A DNA stretch of 64,000 bases from Epiperipatus broadwayi (GCA_028023455.1 JAQFVV010000002.1:13020001-13084000); one strand, 5' to 3'; positions 1 through 15,161 are shown, counted from the first letter of the stretch. Notes: generated from the sequence alone by a model not told the origin. Numbers and translations are program-made.

Positions 1-359
1 AATATGACAAGGATATTATATCTTATTGTGGACAACATTGCTCAAAAATTATAATTCGATAGAAAGAACAGATTTCAATGCATTAATAATCTCAGGGAAT
101 TATATTTCAGAGTTGAAAGAAAGAATCTGGAAGGAAAATATAGAAAAAAGTCTGCATATATCTGTTTTGACAAACATATATATCTTTAGTAAATGATAGG
201 AAAGCAAAGATGAGCAAAATTATTAAGTGTATTTGAAGTTATTTATTAAAGAAAAACTACGATGTGTGGTTAATAGTTATTTGTATGGATATTAACTTTC
301 ATTAAAAAAGAATATGCAGGAAACTGCTATAGCATCACATCTGTTAACACCCTTGCAAT

Positions 360-600
360 TTTCATTATGGATTCATAGCTTTATAGTTAGTTGAAAAAAT
401 AAAATGCAGTTTCTGTAGGGATGAATTAGATTCAAAGATCTCGATGAAGTGCTCTCACATACAAGATTCCTCATTGATGAACACTTTAAACTAGTCTGGG
501 AATATTTGATGACTAGGCATTAGATAGAAATTTTGATGCACTAATCTTTTAGCATCCATTGATTACTATGGCTTGCACTAAGTGGCAATGTTGTTTGGAG
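360..600 (+). repeat. Old, diverged family C copy
   Basis: GTGCTCTCA...CCTCATTGATGA...AAACTAGTCTGGGAATATTTGATGA...GCATCCATTGATTACT is colinear with about 61370-61600. Confidence 0.65.
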
Positions 601-1004
601 AAAATTGATGCTGTGTTATGAATATGTATGATTTGATTCTGGACTAATCTTCCTATATCATCTATCCAAAATAGCATTCTTTCTCTTAATTTTATTGGTC
701 ACATCCTCTGGTGATTATATTGTTGTTATTTATTGATTTTTGAAAACTTAATTATGTATTTATTGTCTATGAGCTTAGTTTGGCTTTATAATTAGGGTCA
801 TCTATCTTATTGTTTAGATCAGGCATATCGATTTTATAGAATAATACCACATCTAGAGTTGATCATGCAATATACGTGGGTGAATCCATAGTCAGTACAC
901 CTAGATATATTATATCTCATATGAGTTTAAAATTAATATTGTTTGATTTAGATAATCCTGATTATATCAGTGCAATATATATATATATATGTGGAGGGGG
1001 AGTA

Positions 1005-1505
1005 TGTGATTGACTAATCAAAAGGGATATCCTTTGGTTAGTGGTAGCTTGGACAGATTTGCTATTGTTTTCATTTGGCCTGCAGAATTGTGTCTGATTG
1101 GTTATTGCACATCAATACACTTTGGCTGTGAATTTAACCTCCCATATATATAATGGTTATCCCATTAATATTTAATTTACACCTATATTAGCCATTAAAA
1201 ATATTAAATTTAAATACATGACTTACTGATGGGAGAAACTTAATTTTTGTTAAGATGTAAGAAATGTTGCTATATATTGCATCTCAACTCTTATAGCTAT
1301 AATATCCAGCTACTATATCATCACATAACAACATGAGTGACTGATTGAAAGAGGCTTCCTTTTGATTAATGGTATCTTGGACAAGTTTGCTATTGTTTTT
1401 ATTTAGCCTAACGAACCATGTCTAATTGGTTGCTGTACATTAATACACCTTTGTTTTAAATTTAACTTCATATACATACTGGCCTTTCCATTTACTAATT
1501 AATTT
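1005..1505 (+). repeat. Two diverged direct copies of an about 190-bp repeat
   Basis: CTTGGACA..TTTGCTATTGTTTT.ATTT.GCCT...TGTCT.ATTGGTT..TG.ACAT.AATACAC at about 1048 and about 1376. Confidence 0.7.
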
Positions 1506-2361
1506 ACATATATATGCAGTCAATTATACTGTTTAGTTACTGGTCTCTCGGGACTTATAAAATCTGTTTTGATATTATGAACTACATAATTGTTTACTGG
1601 TTCTGAACTTAGGTTTGCTGTATGCATTTACATTGTAACTGAATTAGTTACTTCCTTATTTTCAATTAGTGAATTATTCTGAAAATATTGGATCCTTTTT
1701 TTAAAAGTTTGTAATTTATTTTTTTGGGTGTGAAATACATAATTTTATATTTAAAATGTCGTCTAGAAAAGCTGTAACTTAATTTAAAAATCACTTCAAA
1801 AACATATTAAATTACCTAATGAAAATAGAAATGTCATAAATCTAATGTAAAAAATCAAAAATGTCTTTTAAGATATCTTTATTCATATATTTTAAAAAGA
1901 ATGTAATATGGAAGTTATTAAGTATATTTATAAAAGATATTACATTTAGGAAAAGATAAATGAAGATGAATTACTCCAAGTGTGTGTGTGTGTGTGTTTA
2001 AGTAAAAAGCAGATATATTAATTTTTATCTGGGCTAGAGATAATCTCTAGTTTAATAAATGATTAGTGAAAAATATTAATGTATTTATTTAGAGTGGATT
2101 GCTTCAAAGTTGTGGGAGGAGTAAGTTTGCCATTTGTAAATCAAAATTTAATAAAATCAAAAATCTTCAAAAGTATTGGATTCCTCTAATATTACTTTTA
2201 AAATATACTACCATTTTGGAAAAGTAACTTTTTTTAGTATATTGGAGGAAAAAAATTTCTATTGCAAAAAAAAAACCACACTAATTGTGATAATGCTAAC
2301 ATTGAATTGCTTCCCTTTATCACAATATTACCACAAATCTTTTAAAAAGCACAAATGAATT

Positions 2362-3427
2362 GAGTTCACTAGAGGGAGCCAAGGACTCCAGTTAACACTG
2401 TTTCTGGCTCCCTGTTTCATTCCCTTTTTTCTAGTTCAGGGAATTAAATTTCTCTAAAACTATCCCTATTAAAAAGAGGAGTTTTTTAGCTCTCTTTTCA
2501 TATACAAGCTATATCAACAATGTAATCACAAGTAAGCATAATTTCAACTTTTATAAAAATGCTATGTAAATATATGGCAGCCACAGAAATTACAAACGAT
2601 TTCTACAGAAATTTTACCTTTTAATGAAAATGTTCATTTCACTTAATTTTGTTGAATGAATGAGAGGGTCCAGTTGTTGGGAGGACTCCCAGGGGTCTAA
2701 ATCCTAGTTCTTTTGAGGGAGGGGTCTGGGATGAGGGCACTGTGGTGATCGTTACCAACGTTGGTTTTTCTCATTCACAAGATAGAAAAAATAACGTTAT
2801 TTATGGTGATTCTTTAACATTATCGTTATGAGTGATTTTATCCATGTATTATTGCAAAATAGGTCACAGTTTGGCCTCATGATTCTAATTGCAAGTAATC
2901 CACCTTATTTAATTTTATTACTTCCAATGTTGCTATTGATAGGGCTGGCCTTTTGCTGTTCATGTGATTTTCATGATGGATTAGAATGGTTTTCAGCAGA
3001 GACATTTTGAAGCTTGGATTTTTTCCCCCTTGTTCTCCATAGGTTTTCCATAATTTTTCCAAAGTATTTAGGATTGCTCTCTTGTGAAGATATTCAAGGC
3101 CATTTGGAAGAACTGAACAGTAGATTGATTTAGTCCATATTTTATGTTATCTCCAAGTGTTTTCCTATTTCTCAACTTTCCCAATATTGTACTCCTAAAA
3201 GACTATTCATATTTGATTTCTAGACTTTACAAATAATTCCTAATTGTAACATTCATTTGTCTTTAATGGTTAATACAAACCCTTTCCACATCCCTTTTTC
3301 TTTTCATATGTATCGTTCCCCCTTCACTATGTTGCTCCAGAATTTCATTTTTACCATTCTTTGTAAACCTCTTATTTAACTATATTTGTACCTTTTTTTG
3401 ATGAATAAACTTTCATCAGCGAGGGAA
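2362..3427. mobile_element. 1.07-kb insertion of unknown class
   Basis: 18-bp direct repeat AAAAAGCACAAATGAATT at 2344-2361 and 3428-3445. Interior is more GC-rich than flanks with decayed minus-strand coding texture. Confidence 0.62.
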
Positions 3428-3479
3428 AAAAAGCACAAATGAATTTGTAACTAATTACATCAACATTACTACTAATATT

Positions 3480-4330
3480 TAACTAATGGATTTAAAATCC
3501 AGTAGTCAGAAGTTGAAAATAAATAGAATTAAAACCATGAAAGTTATAAAACTTATTGGAAATATGTATTAATAAAGGTGATTATTTTGAACATCTTAAA
3601 TGTAATCATTCAGTACTTAAATTTTCCCATAACAGTTTTGAAATTCTCTATATAACAAAATAAGCATGATCTCAGAGATTAACTGAGTTATGTCCAGAAA
3701 GATGTTTCTAGACCTGAATTTTCACATTACATCTTTTTTTAAATAACGAGCATATATAGTAACTAACTAAATTGCAACATTGTCAAAAAATTACAAATAT
3801 TGATAATGCCTTTCTTTATTATCAAAATTAAACAAGTCTCTTTTGTAGCTATCTACATCAATTTTACTATTAACTCTTAACTAATGAATTTAAAATCCTG
3901 TACTCTTGACAAGCTAACTAATCAGAAGGTGAAAGAAACAGTTTTCAAGTTTATGAAAGAAATGAAATTTATTGAAGCAATTTATTAATAAAGGAATTCT
4001 CTCTTCTGAACATCTTAAATGTAAGTAAGTCGATTCTTCCATTAACAATTTTGAAATTCTCTACATAACAATAATCAGAAAAGTGTGCTCTCACAGCCAG
4101 AGTCATGTTCAGAAAGATTTTTCTAAATCTTAATATTAACATGACAGCATCTCTATAGAAACGACAATCAGATGTAGTTAGTAAATGACTACTTATCTCT
4201 CTTATTTGACAGTGATCATAACTGTTAAATTGTAATTAAATTTTTCTGCCAACAATTTTGGATTATCTTACATAAAAAAAAATAATAATCAAATTTCTCG
4301 AAAATTTATAAGAAGTTTGATTGTCAGAAC
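3480..4330 (+). repeat. Diverged tandem repeat, about 420-bp spacing, two copies plus a partial third
   Basis: TTAACTAATG.ATTTAAAATCC, ATTAATAAAGG, TGAACATCTTAAATGTAA, TTTTGAAATTCTCTA, CAGAAAGAT.TTTCTA recur. Confidence 0.7.
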
Positions 4331-5405
4331 TGAAATCAATCTGAGAATTTTATGTTTCAAAGTCTGACCGTATGTCATTACGCTAAATCACCCTGGACCT
4401 GCCCATGATAATATTCTTTAAATCTGAATTTAAACTTGGTTATATTTAATTATCTCGAAAACAAATTGAAATGCATTTCTTTTTTTTTTTTTATATATGA
4501 CGTAATTTGTTTAAAACATTTATATATGAGTATGTGTTTGTTTGTCCTTTTTTTAAATTATATTATTATATGTAATTACTTTGTGCTGGCATCTTAATGA
4601 ATGTAATGCGAGAGCATGTAAATTCATAAAAGCGTATACTCGGAGGTTTGTTCCTTTTTTATAATTTGTTTAATATAAATTTTTATTGTTTTGAGCTTTA
4701 TTGATGTTGTATATTTTTTAATTGTATATGATAAATAAATTTATTGTTTTTTTTTTAAAAAAAAAAGAAAAACTTTAAAATTAGCAAACGATTCGTATCC
4801 CTTTTTTGTTGTTGTTGCTTTAATATACTGAAACTCTCTTTTGATCTTTTGTTACTGAATGGAAAAACATCAGAAATGCGTCCCAATACAATTAACTACA
4901 AAAACATAAGATCAAAAATCCTAATCTAATTCTAAAGAAAATGGAAAAATAAATCCTAATATAATCATCTATATTTTATTCCGTAAACCTTCTTAAAAGT
5001 AATGTCGAACACAAAAGAGTACTTTTCTATAATAGAAGTGTTTTAGTCAAGAAAATGATCTTAAATATCTAGTTCAATTTCTTTTATTATTTATTTATTT
5101 TTGTTATATGCATACAGAAAGTAAAGATCGTTTGCAACACTGCAATCGAACATTAATATTTTAACAATTTATTTGTTTTAATTGAATGAAATAAATGCTA
5201 TCAGAATAATATCGATATTGCTGCTTTTCTGGAAAGAATCACATCCTGTAATTCTTTGAATACAGAAATCTTTTTAGTTCAACCTTGACCTTATGTGGAT
5301 TCATTACTGTTTATTAATAGTATTTTTATTTCTTTTTAAAAAAAATTGAAAAAATACGAACTTTATAACCAAATTTATTTAATAAGTTATTCAGTAGAAT
5401 TTTAA

Positions 5406-5679
5406 TACATTGTACAGGTTTAACACCTGCATTTAATATATGCGGAATTCGAACTCAGACTTTCATTAAAGTATGAAGATTGGCTATCTTAATATAAAGC
5501 TGAGTACTGCTTGTATATATGTGTGTGTAGATGGTAATCTGGACCAAGTGATGAGTGTTGGCTTAGCACGAAATATGTGTATTGGTGATTATTTATCTTT
5601 TCAACATGTGTGTGATCAGGTGGGTCAGCAATATAAGATGGCACTGAGAGTTGTGGGTCGTGTGAAAGTCTGAGTTTGA
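5406..5679 (+). mobile_element. Family A hammerhead-bearing element with short inverted 3' end
   Basis: 17-bp TSD ATTCAGTAGAATTTTAA (5389-5405, 5680-5696). Inverted GAACTCAGACTTTCA / TGAAAGTCTGAGTTTG. HHR-like motif at 5543-5586 with C3G. Confidence 0.8.
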
Positions 5680-6369
5680 ATTCAGTAGAATTTTAAAAAT
5701 AAATATAAAGTAAAGTTTTATCCTGGTTAGCAATGGGTTTTTATGTGAAGATTCACTATAATGATCATCATGAATTTGTACCCACTATTTTGATTAGATC
5801 TTTAAAAAAAAAAAAATTTTTTTTTTTCTTAAAATCTGCCACCACTTTTTCAAAATAATGGCCATTTTATAAGATTGATAATGTCAAAGGATAGTGGTAT
5901 ATATATATTGAACTATTTCCTTCATCACAAATCTTCAGAAAAACATTCAGAGGATAGTAATTTTATTAAAGCTATGTCAACTGAAAATAAAATGATGACA
6001 TTGGTGCTAAAAATATATACTACATTACACAGTTTATTCATTATACAATATGTAATATTATTTTGATAATCAAATTAAAATATGATTAATGCATTTTACC
6101 TGATTTTCATTCAGTATTTTTGCAAGATAATCACTGCTTTCATTTATGACATATTCGAAGTAAAGAAAATTTTCATTAGTGACCACAAAAGTAAAAAAAT
6201 GCTAGTTTTGTTCAGTACAATAAACATACTTTGATCACTTACAATAACAAAATATATTAATATTAAATTTTAAAATGTGTATCTTAGATAAAATATACTC
6301 ATGCAATCAGTTTTATGGGTTAAATTTCTTATGAATGTTATTTTGTTCAAAGCAAAAATATATTAATAA

Positions 6370-6990
6370 AAATTAAATTTATGTGGAATTACTGAAAAAC
6401 CCCAGAATTCTATATGTCAATTAAAAAATGGTACAGAGTGACGACTTGTACTTTAGGTTGAATTGTATATAAGCATTAATTCAATTTATTGAAGTTTTAT
6501 AATGCAGAGCATGAATTATATATATTAACATAACATCAGGACAACTATAAGCTATTTTATAAATATAAATTGTGATAGCTCAAATGTCGATGAAATTTAT
6601 GCATTGGGGTTTTTCGGTAGCTTCTGTATAAATTTCATTTGTATTTGAACTATCACAATTTATAGTTGCATCTATTAACTGAAGATTCATTTAATATTCA
6701 GGGGTTGTTAAATATGAGGCTCAGCCTTTCCCTCTCATTACTTGGAATGATTTCAGATAGTTTATAATTGTTCTGAACTTACATTAATATTAATAATTTA
6801 TTTTTTTGCTGTAATATGCCAATAAATTGATTGCTTAAATATGATCCAAGCTAATTTACAGATGGGTCCATTCTGTACTTTTTCATATATTGATAGAGTT
6901 GTATTAGTTTACATATAGCCACTGAGGATTTTTACTATCTTCCACATAAATTCCATCTACATTTGAGCTATCACAATTTATATTAATCAC
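6370..6990. repeat. Cluster of direct and inverted copies of one short repeat (family E)
   Basis: ATAAATTGTGATAGCTCAAAT (about 6565) versus ATTTGA(A/G)CTATCACAATTTATA (about 6643, about 6961). GAAAAACCCC (about 6394) versus GGGGTTTTTC (about 6606). Confidence 0.68.
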
Positions 6991-8360
6991 AATTTTAAAA
7001 GGAAAAAAAGATTAAAAAATGATTTTGTGCATTATGCAATTAATAATCAGCTTTTATCAAAGATTAACTAAACATAAGTTAAATTAAAATATTTATCTGT
7101 TTAATTTTAAATCAATAATCTTATAATTTGTTTCCAATATCCACCAAGATAATTGCATCTTTTATCATAAACATTAAAAAATATATCTTCACAGCATCAG
7201 TAACAAAACAAAAACAATTCAATCACATTATTAAAACTTTAGCAATCAACTGTACATTACATTTCTTTATCAAATTTTTATTTAAATTTGCAGTGATACA
7301 AAAAAAAATCTGTTTTCTTAGTTAGATATTACAAAAATAAAAAACTTTAATAATAAAACATAAAAAGCATCAAAAAATAAATTTTAAAATGTACATTATG
7401 AGTCTTTTTTTCTTACATTTTAAAATGTTTTTATCATGATTAGGTTTTTTTTTAAAATTCATGCTATAATTTAAAGGAATTGTGAATCAGGAAATATTGT
7501 GTCATTATGTAAAAAGCAAAATGGTGAACCATCACTAATATATATATATTAACTTATAGCTATCAAAATGCTCTATACAGTATATTTATCCATAGATTAG
7601 TATTTTTTAATAATATTCTTAGTAATATTCATTAATTAACACTTTTTTCAATTTAAGCTTTATTTTTTTAATTGAATTTTTGTATGTTTTGAATTGATTT
7701 TTTTTCCATAGGAGTTCATTATAATTATTTATTTTTTATGTGAAGTCTTTGATTTATGATGCATTTTGGAGCATCTATTGTCTTTGCTAATCGGGGTGAA
7801 ATGTTCTCTACTCATAACCCTCTTTCTGATTTAGACTGTGAATCCTTGGATCAGTTCCTGATCAGGTCCTTCCAGCACTCAAACTTCTTATAAATTTTCA
7901 AGCAATAAAGCCTTTCTGTGAATTTTTTTCTATTCATAATTATTGTGAAAGATTACTGGATGTGAAAATTATATAAAAATATAAGTTTTGACAATTACCA
8001 TTTATTTCAAAATGAAGCCTATGTCCTTTACATTATTCTAGAAAACTATCTTATCCATCTAAAATATTTTTGGATTCAGTTTATGACTTCAGTTATTCAT
8101 TAGTTGTGTGCTTTTTCTGGTAATAATTTTAGCCCAGTTTCATTTCAGTCTCTTAATTCTCATTTATTAATGACACTTGTTTGATCTTTCACTTATGATC
8201 TGAAGATACACACATAATAAATGTATATATAAATGTGATCTCTGTTTATTATTCATAAACTGCATTGTTATTATTTTAAAATTTTGTTTATATTTAATCT
8301 TATTTTACATATATGAATTATATTTAAATACGAGTATAGTATATATACTTAAGCTAGATG

Positions 8361-8503
8361 TAATTAGAAGAGATTTGAACCCAGACTTTTAAGCTCCCTT
8401 CAATCATCAACTCCATATTATACAATCAATACACATGGCCACATACATGGAGTAAATGGCTAAAGCCAAAATTGAAAGTCTGGGTTCAAATACCTTATAA
8501 TTA
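8361..8503. repeat. Family A 3'-end fold-back remnant
   Basis: TTTGAACCCAGACTTT ... AAAGTCTGGGTTCAAA inverted pair with family A 3' sequence between. Confidence 0.65.
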
Positions 8504-11500
8504 TATATAAATTATACAAGTTAAAAAGTTTCTGTTTTTATAATATAGTATGTTAAAAGTACATACTACTTTATAATAAAGCACAGTCAACAAAGCATGA
8601 GCTATTTTTACATCATCCTCTAGAAGGTCTGTTTCACAATATTTAGTTCTTACTCTATTTATTTATTTTTGCTTTCATCTGATAGCTACCATATTATGTT
8701 TTTTAGTTTCAAGACTTATTTATTTTAAAAATACAATCACATTTACCTGAATCATTTCAATTCATCATTATTAATAACCATATGTAAATATGTCAAGTCA
8801 TTTTAATTGCAGAGAAAAAATAGAAAGCTAAAAGATAAGTGATCATGCAAATGAACTATACAAATATGTATGTATAGAGTTCATGCTAAATGTTTTTAGA
8901 CTATTTACTTACAACATGAAATTTGACTTTTAATTTCTTTTACAGTGAATTCTAGTTTTTGAAAAACTTTAATATCTCATCCAATTGCAATTTTCTATTA
9001 TATTCTATATTCAGTAATATCTTTCAATAAATATTAGTCTTTTTATAATGCCTTTGAGATCATTTTTATGATGGAAATTATATCTGCTTCTCAGTAAAAA
9101 CTAGGCAATAACTTCAAAATGTAATACCTGTTTAGGAGTCTGATAAATTTATCCACTTTGAATTCTCAGTTCAATGAAAATATGTTTATACAAAATGGAA
9201 AGGAGTGAGCTACAACCAGCATGCTATAATACATCTCAAATCATCTTATGATTTTAACATTATTCTTATGAAACATTCTTAAATGAAATTATTTTGATAT
9301 CTTTTTGTTACATCATGTCTTCTTTCATACAATAAATTAGGTAAAATAGCAATTCTACATGCTATTAATTTGTTGTTATAACTATATCACTATAATGAAA
9401 TATCCTATTTTTTAATTTGTTAAATTCCAGTAGCAGCATATTACAGTCCATGTTGCATCTCTTAGTCTGCCTATCATTCATTTATCAATATTATATTCAC
9501 AAGATGATAACTGTCCAAGCAACAAGTTGCTGGAAAAAGACATTATTAAAAATATAAATAATTTTGTATATATTATTAGTTTTAATGAAGGTTTTGTTTT
9601 TAAAAAGTGTTTTTTTTTTTTAAGTATTAGTTGATAAAGTCTTTATAGGTTGCACTCAAAACATTAAGATCATTCCATAATTCATTATTTGAGTTGATAA
9701 AAATAACATAATCTTTAGCGTACTGTAAACTAGAAACCAAAAAGATGAAATTATTTTTGCTTTTAATCAATTCAAATTAAAAACATTATCAAACTTATGT
9801 TTGCTTTTGACATAATTTTAAATGTCTCATATTTTTCACTAGAAGTACTGATTTTTTGTCTCATTTCATTATGTATAAACTATAAAATATGAATATATTT
9901 TGAGAAGTAATGTTTGTTATATTGAATCTAATATTATATTGACCCAAATTTATGCTTCCATTTGCTATTTAGCAACAACAATCGTGTCTAAATCATTTTT
10001 TGATTCTCTAAAACCACATTTAGTCCTAATTACTATTCATCTATGACTGGAAGAATCCTATTCAACAAAATTCTTTAAATACTTTTTTTGTAAGTAATTA
10101 CTACGGTTTTTTTCTATCCCTTCATTTTTTATAAATTAGAACAGTAGTTTGTATTTTTATCATTAAAGGACATAACTTCATGGTGTCTTATATTCCTAAA
10201 AACCCTCCAATATATTTAAAGTGTCTACGTGTCTTATTTCACTTTTAAGATTACAAAGAGATGTTTTAGCTTATCTTTGTCTAAATCTAAATAAATAAAA
10301 AAATGAACTCATCATTAAAAGTCATTGTTTTAATTTTTGTATTGTTACTCAATAGATGAGCAAAATACTTTCTCCATCTGTCTAAAATCTCATTAATATA
10401 ATAAATTTTGCTATTAGTATGCTTTTTGCACATAATCTTAACAACTAGATAGAGATTCAACTTGGGGAGGCACCAAGTTCAAAACAACAACTTACAATTC
10501 TTAAGTAAATGGAGTGAATTTTAACTAAATTATTTTTAATTTTTCAGAGGATATTGAAAGTACATTGTGAGACAAATAGTGCACACTAGAGTTGCTAACC
10601 AGTTACTCTAAGTTTGGATATCTTTTTCCCACTCAAATGTCATGTAAACTCTACTGAACATCCTTTTGAGTTACAATTATTATTTATCATTTCACTGGGA
10701 ATTTCTTATCAACAGTGACTATACAATGAGCCCAGGATCAATGCATATGGGGAGGTTGTACACAATCCCATACCCACAGATCAGCCATTTCCAAAGAAAA
10801 TTCTTTATTATACACACACTTCCAATATACAGTTAATTTGCATAATCCTATAAACCTTACACATAACTCCATCCTCTTGACTTTCTATTCATCACAACTC
10901 GTTATGTTTTCCACTCTTTTTATTATTATTTATGATTTTAACAATTATTAATGTAAAACAGTATTTTTTACTAAATTATTTCAACTGAATTTACAAGATT
11001 TATGTTTCAATAGTATCATGTATTTTATTTTTCATACATGAACTCATTAATCCATTTAACATATCCTGGATCTTTGGGAAAATTAGGCCACTCATTGATA
11101 TTTAGATCAACCCTCTCTCTCTCTCTCCAGGTATTTTTTTTTTTATTAATCTCAGCATCCTCAATTAAGATGGCAAGAAAATTTATTTAACTGTCCCATG
11201 GTCACTATTAATAATTTTCTGCTGGAATGGATGTTTTTTTCTTCTTGAAACTCTATTCCTTTTTTTTCTTTCCTATTATAGCTGTGATCTTGTTAATTTT
11301 TATTCTTAACCTTTTTCAAATATTTGATTTTGATTTTCAAAGTTGATGATCATCTTATTTTGATTTTCAAATATTTTTGTTAGCATTATTTCGATTTTCA
11401 AACTTTATGACCATCTCTATATTTTAATTTTCTAGTTTTTCTAATACTTTATTTTCAAGTTTTGTAAACATTTCCTTCATTATTGTCAAGACCTCATTGT

Positions 11501-13047
11501 CTACTTGAGACTTCCACTTATTCTTTCTCTTGTTCTTCATTGAAAATGTTTTTTATTTTTTTTTTCTGAAGCTTGAATTTTTGCTCTCAATCTCGTAAGC
11601 ATGTGACTGCTTATAAGATTTTACCATATTAAAACACTATTTCTTCAAAAAAAATGTATTTAACTTTATTATTTATTTATTTTGGCATGCTCATATGTCC
11701 TTTCACTCTGCAGCTCCATCTGTTATATTATCTACCTGATTATTTCACTGCCTACCATTGCTGTTCTGTGACTATATTTTTTTCACCCGTTTGCCTAGGT
11801 ATATGTATGTATGTCTAATTTTTAACTATGCATACTTATATTTGATCATCTCTTTAAAATTTCCTTTTTGTCAAACATCTTTTGATGAGCTCAACATTTT
11901 TGCAGTTTTCTTTTTGGTTCTTTTTCATTTTGTCAATTTGGAATTATATTGTTTATTGCTGTAGATTTAGTTTTTTTAAAAAAATCTTCTCTAGCTTGTC
12001 TCATACTGTAAAAGTAACTTTCCGTCAAGATTAATCTGATAGCTATATCAGCATCTATACAAAACTTTTCTCAATAAGTGAATGCTTTCATTGGATAGAT
12101 TTTGGCAAACAAAATATATAGCACAAAGAAAACATTCTTGACAATGGTAGGTTAAGTTCAGTCTTACATTTCAGGCTTTTGCTTGATTTTTTTTTTGAAT
12201 AATTAACTGGGACAAGATTATATCCAGAGTAACAAACACACTCATGATGAATGCAGCAATACCTCTTCATTAAAACTTTGAAACATATTCATTGTGTGGG
12301 AAATATGAAACTAATTCCTATTGATTTCAATACAACTAGCCTTTTTGGAGCTTGAAGTTCATCCATCAGTGGTCATAACAAATATATTTTAGATAGTCTA
12401 TAATTCTGAGGAAAGAAAATGAAAACAAATACTAATAAAATATTTAATGACTCTTTTTATAAGAAAAACCTCACTATTATCTAAGTCATGCTCCTGCTTC
12501 AACTTATTTCATTTTTTTATTTTTTTTTCATTTTTATTATTAAAGTATATAAACTATCTAATGTAATTAAATTTCAAATCTATAAACTATTTAAATTAAT
12601 TAGGCTTCTTTGATAACAATTTTGTACAAAATTTTTACAACTTCAATTGTTTTCAAATAATTATATACCATTCAATAAAAATTAACAAAACAAAACTTGA
12701 TTAAACCTTTTTTCTTTTTTTTCTTTTTTAAATTATATTACTCTGAGAAAATATAAGTAACCACTGTTTTTCCGAAGGTTTGTAATGATGGTGTTCTAGT
12801 TGTATTTTTATATTGTACTATTTCCATCATAACAGTTTAATGTATTTGGAATATTTAAATAAAGTTAAATTTTTCTAAAGACATTCAATACGCATATTAG
12901 ATGGTGGAAATAATCCAATATAAAAATACAATAAGTAACTTCTGTTTTAATTACTTAAAGACAAATTATTTTCTCATTTTCCTTTTTTTTTTTACAAATA
13001 AAAACTCTTTTACTAAAGTGAGAAAAAATAGGTCATAATTGTTTTTT

Positions 13048-13160
13048 GTTTTTTTTTCATATGTCATAGCATCAGCCGGTACGCGAACCCACAACCGTCT
13101 GCAACCAACTACTTGCTTGCAAGGCAGTTGCGATGACCTCTCGACTAACAACGCTTGACA
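13048..13160 (-). mobile_element. tRNA-Gly-derived SINE-like copy (anticodon position TGC)
   Basis: Minus strand reads TGTCAA GCGTTGTTAGTCGAGAGG...CTGCCTTGCAAGCA...GGGTTCGCGTACCGGCTGATGC TATGACA, then an A-rich tail. Imperfect TSD AATTGTT(T/A)TT. Confidence 0.75.
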
Positions 13161-13349
13161 AATTGTTATTTTATTTGAACCTCAAAATAGAAGCTTTTTT
13201 CCTCAACTAATTTGTCTATCCCCCACTCCCAACCATTTTAAAACTTTCTCTTCAAAATATATATATATTAATTCACTTTTTTTCTTTTTTTTTTTAATTA
13301 AAAATAAATTATTGTTTTAAAAAAAAACAACATATTTAGCCTTTTTTTT

Positions 13350-15135
13350 TTACTTTATTCATGTTGCTTTCTAATATGTTCTAAAATTTTACATCCATTT
13401 TCTGTTGACTTTCCATGGTTAAATTATACATTTACATGTCAATTATGCATGGTGTTACTTTTATATGTTTAACTTTGGATTGTTCTGGCTCTAAATTTTT
13501 TTGCATTACTGATTTCTGTGTTTGATTTTGTTTCGTTTTTTCTTCAGAGGTGATTGTCCAATGTATTTATATCTGTATATATCTATTTTGTTTTTCTTTT
13601 TTAAATATTCCATAGTCTTAGGTTTAAAAAGTAGTACAAAGAAACAATATCACTCCAGTTAATATGTAAATTCATTAATACATAGACTAGTGCACCAATC
13701 CTTACATAGACATTTATATTTCTCCAGAAATATTCAAATTTGCTTGAATTTACACCTATGCCAATTTTAAAATTCTTTTGCTGATCTGACTCTCACTTTA
13801 ATCTAAACTGCTACATACATTTAATTTAGTGATTATTACCTACTACTTATAACTAATTCTAGTGCCAATCTCACCTTCCATTCTAAATGACACTGCTTTT
13901 CTATTTCATAGCACTTACTAAATATCATGTGTACATATATAAAAGACATTTTGTGGTTCATCCATGTTAAAAAAAATTTAAATATTGATATATATTAACA
14001 TATCATAACAAAACCATAATGTGTTGAATTTTGTTTCTGATCCCCACTAGTTGGGCCATTTTATGTAGAATTTTCTCAAGGTGTATTTTTTTATATATAT
14101 TTTATCAAGCCACACATAGGGAGTGCCATTTATGTGATAATCTGGAAAGGTGGTCTTCTGATATATCTGTAACTACTTTAACCTTTGTTCAATCATAAAG
14201 CAAGTAGATAATTGTGGTAATGATTGAACCTAAATCATCTCCTGAGGATTAACTGTACAGACTTATAATAAGCTTCCTCACCTAGAAGTAATTTATATTC
14301 TCCTGTAGCACTTTCCATGTGAAATGAATACTTCTGCCCTATTATCACCTCCTTCCCAATCTCCATTAACATTCAGGCATTTTCTCAGTTGTAAAGAAAT
14401 TTCACCAGTTTTATGTTAACAGTACATTTATAAGTGCTATTATTAATGTTTGGAATGAAGTATGCAATATAAAAAAGGCACTGATAATTTGAACTTATAA
14501 AGTTACTAAAAAAATTATTTGCACCCATAAAGCATACAAAGTAAAATCATTACAGCATTAAATAGCAAAATCAATACATAGATTGATAATGACAAATGAA
14601 AAATTAACTATGAATCATATAAAAGATAAATGAAACAAAATAATTATACATAGAAATGATAATGGTCTTTTCTTTTCTAAAGTTTTTTGAAATGGATATA
14701 TCTTACCATAGTAGCTAGGAATAGATTAACCATATAATTATATAAATTTATGACTGATCAGTTTGGACTCTTATAATATAACATTTATTATTTTTCATAA
14801 GTACAGTTCTTTAACTTGTAATAATGTTCTTCTTATCTTTAGTCTTTTCCAAATATTTAAATCATAGATAATGATGGAACACACTTCCTTCATAGGTGTG
14901 GGCAAGTTATAAATTAACAAAATGTTATGGCACTTAAGGAGTGGTCATGGGAAATAGATACATGTTCTTTACTTGAGTTGATATACTTTTAGATTGCTTA
15001 AGCTGCATATATCACACATCTTTATGACAGTCATGAATAAAGTTTTGTTTTCTTGCTATGATTTGTGCTTAAATGAGCAATTCTTTTTCAGAATTGCACA
15101 TTATGTGATTTAATGAGAGGTATGGATAATTGAAT
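13350..15135 (-). repeat. About 1.8-kb segment A, inverted paralogue of segment B
   Basis: Colinear reverse-complement similarity (roughly 75-80% by eye) to 18783-18961 plus 20944-22570. Confidence 0.88.
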
Positions 15136-15161
15136 GACCCCAGATTTTTTTATATCTGATG

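Noticed and set aside
2361-2425. Hairpin as a hammerhead ribozyme
   Set aside because: No CUGANGA-like segment or UH site in the right register on either strand.
5473-5673. 66-aa ORF, and similar ORFs at 15088-15294 and 16670-16915
   Set aside because: They lie inside family A repeats, are not conserved as open frames between copies, and overlap the HHR motif.
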